Below are positions 32,794 to 43,632 of a stretch of DNA of 64,000 bases, in pieces; positions within the stretch are counted from its first letter, which is position 1, and the number at the start of each line of letters is the position of its first letter. The stretch comes from Blastocladiella emersonii ATCC 22665 (lineage: Eukaryota > Fungi > Blastocladiomycota), in contig JANHCV010000008.1 in the NCBI GenBank assembly GCA_025594325.1, positions 1,737,507 to 1,801,506 on the forward strand. Reading direction: 5' to 3'. Both the position numbers and the translations under genes were made by a program. Under the pieces are notes generated by a model. The model worked only from the letters and a program-made list of their open reading frames with translations. It was not told the DNA's origin and did no database searches.

Positions 32794-33873
32794 TTTTGTT
32801 GACGAGTCATCTTTGTGTCTCCATTTGCATCGCATACATGGGGAGAGTCTCTGTGTGATTCGCCAGCCCGAACAGAACAGAACAGGGGGAGGTGATGGCT
32901 CCGTGGCAACGCATCACGCCGCGCGGCGTGCGCCACCCGCAACCGCGTCTCGCGTCCCGCGACGGCCGACCAAAACTTGGCCGCCGACCTCGCCCTCCCC
33001 GATCGCTGATCCTGTTGCACGACTTACCCCCCAGCTGGCCGCGCCGCCGCGAGCGCCCAGTGCTGGGTTTCGAAGCCGTGCAGACGGACCGAGCGCCGGG
33101 ACCCGCCCTAGGACAAACAACGGCGACCCGGCCGCTTCCCTACAACAACCGCCCGTCGCCGCGTCGGCTCACTCGTGGGCTGGCGCACCGGGACCCGCGG
33201 TTGTGCCGGGAAGATACACGCACGCACTTGCTGCTTTCTGACCGTCTCGATCGACTGCCTTGGCGGCCACGGCCACGGCGACCTCGTCGTGTCGTCGCCA
33301 TCGACGTCCAGCGATGATGAAACTGTAAATCCATATGTATTAGCTCTATCTGACTCGAGCCCTCGGCTTGAATGTGGACCACGTTTACCACGGTTTCTGA
33401 GCTCTCCTCGCCCGTTTCCATCGTCACGGGAAACTACGTTGCTACTTTGGTCCTCAAACTCAACTTGATCGTCACGATCTTCACCGCCATGACTCCTCCC
33501 TGCCCGTCCTCCCTTGCCGTGCGTGTGACAAGTGTGCCACGTACCACGGACGTAACCGTCCAGCCGCCACGCCCGCGGCGTGCGAGCGTCCTCGTTGTCG
33601 CGGAAGTCCGTCCAGCTGCGCTTTCTCGTATTCACGCAGCGCGGAAGCCCGCGCTACAGCCAAGTCGTTTAGCACGAGCCCGTTCAAGTATCCCTGTCAA
33701 ACTCGCATCCAATGAGGCAGCGGCACTCACCGCTGTCGCGGCGCGTCCTGCTCGGACTCCAGGCCGCACACGAAGGGCACGACGATACGTCCGGCCGAGA
33801 GGAGCGCACGGGAGCGTCGAGAGTAAATGAAGAACCTATGTACATGGATGGGGATTCATTGCACCACACAGCG

Positions 33874-34198
33874 CTACTGCTTTTGGTCGTGGTGGGCGGC
33901 AGCGTTGGCGGCAGACACCTGCTGAGCGATCTGGCCGAGCGTCGCCTCGCCCTTCAGGCGCTTCTCGGCGAGCATGGCCTCCACGTCATCGAAGGACTCC
34001 TGCTTGACGGCGGAAATCGAGTAGGAGACTAGACGGGACGGGTCAGTGGACGTGGTTCATTCGGCTGCGCAGGGTCGGGGCGCGTGGACACGCACAGACG
34101 GCAGCGCAGAAGCCGAACAAACCCAGACCGACGAGCGCGTTGCGGCTGCGGTAGGGCATGCGGATAGCGTTGTGAATCTGGGCCGAGTTAGACGACAT
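33874..34198 (-). CDS. COA3: Cytochrome c oxidase assembly factor 3 (about 85 aa, 2 exons; not in the ORF track)
   Basis: ATG at 34198 and intron 34095-34029 give MPYRSRNALVGLGLFGFCAAVFSYSISAVKQESFDDV, which matches the Coa3 pattern (RN..GL.LF.F..V..YSI.AVKQ..F.D). Confidence 0.85.
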
Positions 34199-34449
34199 GG
34201 CGGTGCTGGGTGGGGCGGGTCACGGTGATGCAGGCACGGGTAACTGGAGGTCGGTGCGCAGAGAGTCAGCGCGCGGGCGGAAGGCTTCATGGTGGAGTGG
34301 ACGCACCCGCGGCTCGGTTGCAGCGAGTGGTATGGCTGCGGGAGCGGGCGGGGCGCGGCGGTGGGGTGAGGGAGGGGAGCGACGGCGGGGCGGTTTGCCT
34401 TCACTGCGACCCGCCCGCCCCGCGGCGATCGGCGCCGCTCCAGTGCCAC

Positions 34450-34457
34450 TCACGTGA
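34450..34457. promoter_or_regulatory. Extended E-box TCACGTGA in the COA3/DUF1275 divergent promoter
   Basis: Palindromic bHLH-type site lying between two divergent start codons. Motif match only. Confidence 0.35.
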
Positions 34458-34732
34458 ATCCGGCGCGCGTCTCGCACCGCGTCTCGCACCGCGCGCGCGC
34501 ACGCGTCTCGCACGACTTCCGGCGCAACGGCGCTCGACCCGATCACGGCCGCGGATGGCCTGCAGCCTGCCCTCGCGGCACTCATTCGCTCGCTCCGTCG
34601 TTCCTGCAGTGACCAGCCAAACACATGTATCCTCCCCGAGACTAGCTGCAACAGACTAGAACGAGCACAGCCCATCGAAAAACCTCCCTACCCCCGATCC
34701 CCGACCCGACGACCCCCGGCACCGCGCCCACC

Positions 34733-35896
34733 ATGTCGTCCCTCGACCAGTTCGCCGCGCGCGAGTTCTACACGGTCGTCATCGGCGGCACCATCCTGTC
34801 GCACATTGCGGGCTTCGTCAACGCCGTGGCCCTCGGCAGCGCCTTCACCGTCACCGTCACCCACATCACGGGCAACCTGACGCGCTTCGGCGCCGCCCTG
34901 CTCAAGGGCGACCTCGCCACCATGGGCGTCACCACGGGCATCACCCTCGCCTTCATGTTCGGCTCCTTCGTCTCGGGCTTCAGCATCGACTCGACCAAGT
35001 TCCAGCTCGGCCGCTCCTACGGCATCGCCCTCGTCGCCGAGGCCGCCATCCTCGTCGTCTCGTGGTTCCTCTTCACCCTCGGCAACGTCTACGGCGCCCT
35101 CGCCGCCGCCTTTGCCTGCGGCCTGCAGAACGCCTTTGCCACGGGCTACTCGGGCGCCGTCCTGCGCACCACCCACATGACGGGCATCACCACCGACATC
35201 GGCATCGTCCTCGGCCAGTGGGCCTCGCGCAACCCGCGCGCCGAGACGTGGAAGCTCAAGGTCCTCGGCCCGCTCTGGCTCGGCTACCTCTCGGGCGGCA
35301 TCACCGGCGCCCTCTTCTACGGCTGGATGGCCGACGACGCCATCCTCGTCCCCGCCGCCGTCCTGTGCCTCGCCGCCATCTTCTACCTCACCTGGGCTCC
35401 CGCCCGCGAGGCCCGCGAGCTGCTCGTCACCGCCGTCAAAAAGGTCCAGACCGAGCTCGAAATGGGCATCCGCACCACCGTCGACGTCATGGTCGACGGC
35501 ATCGACACGGTCGCCCACACGGTCCAGTCTGTGACCCCGCGCATCCCGCTGCCGCCCATGCCCTCGGTCAGCCCGCGCCTCGCCGCCCTCCTCCCCGTCG
35601 GCGCCGCCTCCCTGGCCGCGACCTCCTCAGGAAACGCCACGCGCCAGGGATTCCACCCGCTCGACGTCAACTCGCCCACGGGCGACGCCGTCCCCAAGCC
35701 CGTCAGCCCCGTCGTCGTCCAGATGGTCCAGCAGGTCTCGCAGCGCGAGCGCCTCGACCACGACATCAACGCCGTCTTCCGCGAGCTCGAGCTCGAGCGC
35801 CAGCGCGACGACGCCGACGTCGGCAACGTGCCCCGCGGCATGGAAAAGTTTGTCATTGGCGACGAGGACGACGACGCCACCTCGCCTCGAAAGTAG
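34733..35896 (+). CDS. DUF1275 / YoaK-family multi-pass membrane protein
   Basis: AGFVNA, THITGN, FACGLQNA and LRTTHMTGITTDIG motifs with several TM helices. Confidence 0.9.
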   Translation: MSSLDQFAAREFYTVVIGGTILSHIAGFVNAVALGSAFTVTVTHITGNLTRFGAALLKGDLATMGVTTGITLAFMFGSFVSGFSIDSTKFQLGRSYGIALVAEAAILVVSWFLFTLGNVYGALAAAFACGLQNAFATGYSGAVLRTTHMTGITTDIGIVLGQWASRNPRAETWKLKVLGPLWLGYLSGGITGALFYGWMADDAILVPAAVLCLAAIFYLTWAPAREARELLVTAVKKVQTELEMGIRTTVDVMVDGIDTVAHTVQSVTPRIPLPPMPSVSPRLAALLPVGAASLAATSSGNATRQGFHPLDVNSPTGDAVPKPVSPVVVQMVQQVSQRERLDHDINAVFRELELERQRDDADVGNVPRGMEKFVIGDEDDDATSPRK

Positions 35897-35984
35897 TCCG
35901 CTCAGGTAGAAGACACTACTCGTGGAACGGCAAGGATATATAGAAAAAAGTGTATAGATTATCGATCGTGGTTTGTAAAGCCTG

Positions 35985-38900
35985 CTAGTCATCAAAGTCG
36001 CTGAGGTCCGTGAGCTCCGCGGCATCGGACACGGAGGCCGTCGCGGGGACGGGTGCTGGGGCCGGGGCGTGTGCGTGCGCGTGTGCGGGGCCCTCGAGGA
36101 GCTGGTGCGCCATGTCGACCGCGGCCCGCTCAATCTGGGCAAACTGCTCAATGAGCGGGATCGAGCTCTGCACCCCAATCGACCTCAGCCGGCCGCTCGT
36201 GCGGACACCCTGCGTCGTCGAGACAGGCGCGACAGTCCGCGACCTGCGCGAAGAACTTAGACGCGGGGCGCGGGCCGGTGAGAGCGGAAGCGACGGGACG
36301 TCGGACGCAGACGACGACGAGCCGAGGACCGGCTCGGGTACACCGGCCGTCGCTGGCGGCGGCGGCAGCGCGATGACCATCTCAGGCATGCCGTCATCGA
36401 GCCTCGCCCCCAAAGCGACGATGCCGGTACTCGCTAGAAGTGCCACGGACTCTGCTTCATGGACCAGCTCCGCGGGCTCTGCTCCATGGATCAACTCCAC
36501 GGGCTCCGTCTCGTGGACCAACCAAACGGGCGGCCGTGGAGACGCAGCGCGACTTGACGAAAGGTCGAGGTCCATCATGACCTCGTCGCCGGCGAGGGAG
36601 GCCGGGGCCGAGGACAGCGGCGAAGAGCGAGCAATCGGGGCGGACGAGCTCGTCAAGTCGAACCCGCACGACACGACGGGCGTGGCGGAGGAAGAGCTAG
36701 ACTCGCGGACGTCGTCAACGGGCGTGCGGAGCTGGTTGAGCGATGCCAGCGCTATGGCCGTGTCGAGATCCGTCATGGCCATGGTGCTCAAAGTGTCGGG
36801 CACGCTCGAGGCAGGCGGTGAGCGAAGCGGAACGTCTTGCGGGCGCGGCGAGAGCGGTCGAGGTACGTCGGGAACGTCAGGCATTTCCTCGTCGCTGAGA
36901 TCGCTGAGCTCCTGCGGGTCCGGGGATTCGCCCGCCATGAGATTCTGCGACAGCGGATGCACGTCCAAGGACGAGCTACTACCCCCGATTCCGGCCGCCC
37001 ATTTCGGCCGCTTCGACGGTGGTGCATCGCTGTCCACATCGTCTTCATGGGCGCCGCCGGACTGCTCGTCGCCACCCGATCGCGTACCAGAAGTCTGGCT
37101 ACGGCGCCGCTTCTTGGAGGTACGGCGGTCGCGGCGTTGGATAATCAAAGCTGCGGCAACCTCCTGGGCCGCCTCAACGTCGGCGGAGGGCGCCTCGGAC
37201 GCGACACGGGTAAAGACCTCGGCGGCTTTGGCGCGAAGTGCGGGATCGGCGCGCGTGTCGTGAATGAGCTCAAGCCGCTTGCCGTCAATGGCGGGGTCGA
37301 CACCCAGCGGCTCGATGCGAGCAACGTAGCACCAAATCGGTCCCGGGCGATCGGGATGGAGAATCGGCAGCACGCATCGACGCGGATTGGGAATGAGGGA
37401 CCGCGAGGCCGGCGGCAAAGGAGGAAGTGCGGGGAACTTGCGCCCCGAGCTGAGGCGAGCGGGGCGGGGAGCCGTCGGCGCATCGGTGGCAAGGATACGA
37501 GCAGGCCACCACAGGCCATCGTGGCGATACCAACCCAGCGAGCCCGGCAGGAACTGCCGGTGGGATTCGGCGCTGGCAATAATCTCGTCGTGGGCATCAG
37601 TGGGAGGGGACTCGAAGCGGTAATCTTCCTCGGCCGCCGCAGTGGACCGGGTCGAGCGGGAAGGAGGCCGGTCTGGCACAAGTGGCGACGAGATGGCTGG
37701 TGGACGAGGCGGGGCGGCTGAGGCCGGGGCCTGGCCAGAAGCGGGTGGCACAGGCGCGGACGTCGGCTCGACCTGAGGTTCACGGCTGCCAAGCGGCGGG
37801 ATGGGAGCCACATCCACATCCATCGAGGTACCATTGGCGACGGTGGCGGCGGCGGCGGAAGCAGCCTGCGGGTCCTGCGGCGGTGCGGGCCCACGCTCGC
37901 GTTTGGGTTTCCTCTTCCGCAGCTTTCCGAACCTATCACGATAAGTGCGGACGCGGGGCTCGGAGGTTTGAGCCGGTTCCGGCTCCCCGCCAAGCTGCGG
38001 TTCCGGTTCCGGCAGTGACGGCGCTGACTCTGGCACTGGCTCTGGTTGCGACTCGGCGGGAGCGGCTCCGTTGGCCAATGACGGCTCCGGTTCCGGCTGC
38101 GGCTGCGGCTGCGGCGCAGGCTCGATTGGAGCGAGTGGTGTCTCAGCTGGAGCCACATCACTCGCTGCCGATCGCCGAGGCTGCTTTCGGGTCGGCTGCA
38201 CCACTGGTCGCGTTGGTTCGGGTTCACCTGCGTCACCGTCCGAGGGTGCCGCAGCTGCCTCGATGGTTTTACTCGCGGGCGGCTCGACGGGGGCACGCGG
38301 GACCAGCGGCCAAAGCTCGGCGGGTATCGGGTGGACGAGCGGAAGCGGCTTGGAGAGCGAAGCCTCGAGCTGAGTAAGCAAAGCGTCCGCCTCATTATTG
38401 AGCAGGACAGCGGCGCGGTAGTACACTGTCTCGGCCGGATTGAAGACACGGCAGTTCCGCCACATGAGATTGAGGTCCTTGCGGAACTCGGCAACCGTCG
38501 GGTACATGTGTGCGTCGAGCTTGCGCTGAACCGTGGCAAAGTCCATGGGGTGTGTGATAGACGTCAAGTAGTCGGGAACCTCGTCCGTGTCCACGGGCGA
38601 AGCGAAAATCTTGCGCGAGTCGAGCGCGATGAGCCGGTCCAGGACGTACTGGAGTCGAGGACGAAGCGGGTCCGAGTTCAGCGTCCACGCACGAGCGAGG
38701 TGGGTGACAGCCTGCGACTTGAACCGCTCGCGCTTGCGGACCTGGTCGCACATGACGCGAAGCCGCTCCAGATCGTGACGAAGCATGAGGAGTGCGAGGC
38801 GAGTCTGCTGCGATGGCTCAGAAGCAGTGCCCGACGCGTCACCTGCACTGTTTGCCGAGTGAGCGGGCCCCGCCGCCACAGCCTCGTTTGGGAGGGAGCC

Positions 38901-41900
38901 ATTGGTGCCGGGTGTAGAGGAAGCAGGAACCGAAGCGTTGGGCAAAGACGTGCCTACAGTCACCGGAGCCCCAGCAGGGTCCAAGAACAGGCGACGCAGG
39001 AGGGGCGCACCTCCGCGTGCAGCGCGCTTGACGGCCCAATACTTGCAGATGGCAACGAGGTCCGACTCGCGCTCGGCAGCGAAAAGTTGCTGCAGCCGCC
39101 CAAAGAGGAACTCGGAAACAACCGGGTGCGAGGGGTCGAATTCAAAGTGGAGCTGATCGACTTGACCGGACCGTTGGCTCAATGGCACATCTCCTGCGAG
39201 GTCGGGAGCTTCATCACCGTTGGCCAGGCCCGCAGATTCGGCCGAAGCAGGGCCAGCCGGATGGTCAGCGCCCTCCGGTCCCTCGTCGTCAATCTCGCGT
39301 CCAGCTGCAGAGCTCCGATCCAGACCGTCGACATGGTCGGCGGACCCGTTGACGGAGCCGTCATGGGGCTCCAGGATAGAGCGACGGCGGCGGCGTTTCT
39401 TCTTGCGGTAGGACGGGGGCAGATGGCGGTCGCAGTAGATGCGCTCCTGCTGCATGTAGAGACCGTGGCGGCGCGCGCAAGTGACGTGGAAGGCGGCGTA
39501 GCACGAGCGGTTCATGCACTGGACGCATGCACCAACGCGCTTCCGGCAAAGCTGGCACAGGAGGGCACGGCGCTCGGCGTTGACGTCGGACGCGTCAATG
39601 GGCTCCATGTAGACGGGGTTGCTCACGGTGACCTCGGGGATCCACTGGGCGCAGAGGAGGTGGGCCCAGCGGCCGTCGGTAGTCTGCTTGAGGGCGCCGC
39701 CGCTCTGGCCGCACAGGACGCACACGGTCTGGGCGTCCGGGTGCATGCAGCGGCGGCACAGCCACTGCCCCTCGGGGATGTAGGGCACGCCGTAGCACTC
39801 CTGGTGGACGGCGATGTTGCAGCCGTCGCAGAAGACAATGGCGTTGACGTTCTCGCACTCGCCGTCGTCGCAGATGATGCAGTTGCCGTCGTCGTCGTTG
39901 GTGCCGGACCCCTGGAACGGCTCCTGCGGGAGGCGGCTGACGAGGGTGTGCCACGCCTTGTCGAGGTGGTCCATGACGGCCTCGACAGTGTCGCACGAGA
40001 GCCCTTTGGACGTGACCCAGGCGAGGTCGCGGTCGTCGAGGTCGTACTCGACAAAGTCGGTGGGCTCGAAGTGCAGGTACTGCCCGTTGGTGGGCAGAAG
40101 CGGAGTGGAGGTGCTGGCGGGGAGATCGAGGCGCGGAAGCTCCTCAAACTCGGCCACGGGGACGGGTTTGGAGGGACCCGACGGTTGGATCGAGTGGGCC
40201 GAAGGTGCTACAAAGTTGGTGATGCGGTCAGTATTGTGTGATTCCGCTGAGGAGTGAGCGCGGAGGCGGGGACGCTGCCCGTGGAGGGCAGCCGAAATGG
40301 AGCCGTACCCAGTCGGTCCGAAGCTCCCGAGCCGTCAGCCGATGAGGGTGGTGGCGGTCCACGGACGATGTCGACGGGGAGCGCGGCGGCGGTCGAGAGG
40401 TCGGGGAAGTGCTCCTTGTAGCTCTGCTCCTCGCGCGGGATAAGGGCAGCGGGGTCCGAAGCAGGCGGCGGTTTGAGGCCGGGGACGGGCGTGTCCGAGG
40501 GCGAAGTAGACGGGGCGGCGGAAGACGGCGTTCCAGCAGGCGCCCGGGGGACCTTGCCTTTTCGTGCGCGATCCCGTTCCCGGTCGCGGTCGCGGTGGGC
40601 GGGCGGCGCACCGGCAGCGAGCGGGATAGAGGGCGCGCGAGGGGTGGTTTCGGACGGGGCCGAGGACAAAAAGTCGGAGGTGGACAGTGTGGGAGTAGGC
40701 GGGCGGGGCGGCCTGGTACTCGCGGCATCCACGGGAGCAGGAACGGGCACGCGCGGTGCCTTGGCGGCGCGGCGTTTGGGCGGGTGCGGCGGCGGGTGCG
40801 AGCCGGCATGCATCGGCACGACGGGGCGCGAGGCGGAGACGGGGGCGGGAGGCGCGGCCGACGACGGCGGGGACGAGGTGCGTGGCAGGACCGGAGCAGC
40901 GAGAGGCACCAGCGGGGTGAGCGCGGTCACGTCCAAGTCCACGTCCATGGGTTGGGCGGGCGATCCGGCCAGACTAGTGGCGGAGGAGGAGGAGGGCGGA
41001 AGGAGGGGCAGCTGCTGGTGATGTAGCTGCGTCTGCGACTGCATCTGCATCGGCAGAGGGTGCCATTGCTGTTGGTGCAGTTGCGGTTGCTGCAGTTGCG
41101 GTTGCTGCAGTTGCGGCGGCAAGGCGGGCGGCTCGTGTAGGGACTGCGAGCGAAGGGTTGGCGGAGGGAGGGGTTGAGCCGCGGGAAGCGGGGCGATAGG
41201 GGCCAAGGGCGCGGTTGCGGCGGGGGTGGGCGGGCGAAAGGCGAGTGGATTGGGTGCAGCAGGCCCGGTGGCGGGCGAGCTCGCGCTGGCGGCGAGCGGG
41301 GTTGCAGACGAGGACGTCGACGAGCGGTCGGTGGTCCGCGGTAGCGGCGAAGGGGTCGGGATGGGGCGAAAGGGGATGGGGTTCGGTCCAGTGGCAACGG
41401 TGGTTGGTCCGAAGGCGGGGTTCACGGGGAGGGTGGTCTGCGGCAGCAATGGGCGCGAGGCGGGTAGCGGCGCAGTCGCGGGCAAAGCCAGGGGTGGCGA
41501 AGCGAGGAGCGGCGCGGTGCTAGCGGGCGGCGGGAGCGGCTGGAAGAGCAAGGGGTTCGGGCCGACGGCCTCGCGCGAGGCGGTAGCGAAGGGCGAAGGG
41601 TCGCTCAGCACGGTCGGGGTCAGGGCCGAGGAGCGGATCGGGGCGGTTGCGGGCGCGGGAGCGGGAGCGGGAGCGGGTTGGAGCTGCAGCAGGTGCAGGT
41701 TGTGCTGCGGGTGCTGCAGCTGGAACTGCTGGAGCACGTCGAGCTGGTGCTGCAGCTGGTAGAGCTGCTGTTGTTGCTGCTGCTGCTGCTGGTGATGAAG
41801 TTGCTGCTGCTGCTGCTGGTGATGAAGTTGCTGCTGCTGCTGTTGCTGCTGCTGCGGGGAGAACTGCTGGGCGTGCAGCTGGTGGGGCAGCGGCAGCGGC

Positions 41901-42139
41901 GGCTGCTGGTGGTGGTATTGCTGCGGGTGGGACGGGTGCAGGTTCAGGTTGAGGAGGTGCAGCTGCTGGAGCTGGAGCTGGAGGTCCTGCTGCACGTCGC
42001 CGAGCGGGGGGAGCGGGGAGGGTGCGGCCGAGTGGGCGGCGGCGGTAGTCGGGGCGGGCGCGGGCGAGGCGGCGGGCACGGGCGGGCGGCCGTCCAAGTC
42101 GGAGACGCCCAACAGGCCCGAGAAGAAGTTCCAGGCCAT
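35985..42139 (-). CDS. NTO1: NuA3/BRPF-type histone acetyltransferase scaffold (EPL1-N, PHD-Zn knuckle-PHD, bromodomain, PWWP-like), about 2017 aa
   Basis: ATG at 42139 and intron 40308-40208. Motifs EEQSYKEHFPDL, VEYDLDDRD, CIICDDGECENVNAIVFCDGCNIAVHQECYG, IFASPVD..VPDY...I.HPMDF and GLWWPARI. Poly-Q/P N-terminus. Confidence 0.88.
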
Positions 42140-42556
42140 GGCGGCGCGCGCGTGTGCGGCGGGTGCGGGTGCGGGTGCGGGTGCGGCTCCGCGGGCGGTG
42201 CAGAGTCCTGAGGGCGGGCGCGGGTCCGGGCGTGAGTGCGCGGGCGGGGCGGCGGGGCGGCGCGCGGGGGGCATACCGCGGGCGCTCCGGGGCGGGGGCG
42301 GCGGGGTGCAGCGTGCTGCGAGGCGTTGCGTCGAGTTGCGTCGAGTTGCGGCGAGTCGCTCGGTGCGTGCGATGCGCGGATGGGCTGCTCCGTCCCCCCT
42401 GGAGCGCACGGCGGAGCGGCGCGCGTGGCGGCGGCCGGCCACGTGACGATCGCAACTCGCGGCGTGCGGGGCAGGCCAGCAGGGGGGCTGCAGGCTAGCA
42501 CCCAACCGCATCCGCAGCTCTCGCTCCCCTCCCCTCCCCGTACAGTAAACGCCCAC

Positions 42557-43551
42557 ATGCAACCGCCCATGCAGCCCTTGATTCGCCGCGCTCTCTCAAC
42601 CGCCGCCCGCGCTGCGCCCGCCCACGCCCACGCCCACGCCCCCGCAACCGCGCCGCGCATCGTGCAGGTCGCCATCGACGGGCCGGCCGCCAGCGGCAAG
42701 AGCTCGTGCGCATCGGCCGTCGCCGCCCGCCTCCACTTCGCCTACGTCGACTCGGGCGCCTTCTTCCGCTGCGTGCGTCCCCGCCTGACCCGCCGCACCG
42801 CCCGCCGCACCCAACCGCGCCTCACCCTCACCCCGCCGCCCGCCGCCCCCGCGCCCAGATCACCCTCAAGGCCCTGCGCCGCGGCCCCGACCCGCCCGAC
42901 TGGCGCTCCTTCGTCGCCGACTCGCGCCTCGCCATCGCCCCCGTCGCCCTCGACCCCAACACCGGCCGCGTCGACCCGCCGCGCATCTCCCTCGACGGCG
43001 AGGACGTGACCGCCGCCATCCGCGACCCGATCGTCACCGCCGCCGTCGCCCGCCTCGCCGCCCTCCCCGCCGTCCGCGACGCCCTGCTCGACAAGAAGCG
43101 CGCCCTCGCTGGCGGCATCGACGGATCGCTACCCGTCGCCGGCGGCTACCGCGGCGTCGTCATGGACGGCCGCGACATCGGCTCCGTCGTCTTCCCCAAC
43201 GCCTCGGTCAAGGTCTTCCTGACCGCCGACCCGCTCGTCCGCGCTAAACGCCGCCTCGACGAGCTGACCGCCGCCGCCGCCCAGAATCCCGCTGCCCCCG
43301 CTCCGCCGCTGCCCACCCTCGACCAGCTCGCCGCCGACATCCGCGCCCGCGACGAGAGCGACATGCGCCGATCCGTCTCCCCGCTCGTCTGTCCCGATGG
43401 CGCCATCCGCCTCGACTCCACCGCCCTCTCCCGCGACGACGTGATCGCCCGCATCGTTGCTGCCGTCCACCACCGCCACCCCGATTTGCTGGATGCCCGT
43501 CGCTCCGACACCCACCCTGACCTTCCTGAACCACCTACCGTATGTTCCTAG
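42557..43551 (+). CDS. cmk: Bacterial-type cytidylate kinase with a putative mitochondrial presequence (2 exons)
   Basis: VAIDGPAASGKSS, YVDSGAFFR, VVMDGRDIGSVVFPNASVKVFLTA...RAKRR, RARDESD and LDST match Cmk. Intron 42773-42858. Confidence 0.9.
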
Positions 43552-43632
43552 TCCAATCAAACTATACTATCTTTCCTTTCTACTTAACCCCACCGTTGCC
43601 CCCGCCGTCGACGCCGCGAGCCGCCGCCACGC

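Larger units (their letters stand above)
23948..33470. repeat. Right arm of the 9,523-bp inverted repeat
   Basis: Reverse complement of 3533-13055. The only difference detected is T31956 versus C5047 (G on the minus strand). Confidence 0.97.

Noticed and set aside
3533-33470. Inverted arms as terminal inverted repeats of a giant DNA transposon
   Set aside because: There is no target-site duplication at the outer edges, no transposase, integrase or recombinase in the spacer, and the arms carry housekeeping genes.
41040-41960. CAG/CTG triplet tracts
   Set aside because: Ordinary poly-Q coding sequence in the NTO1 N-terminus.
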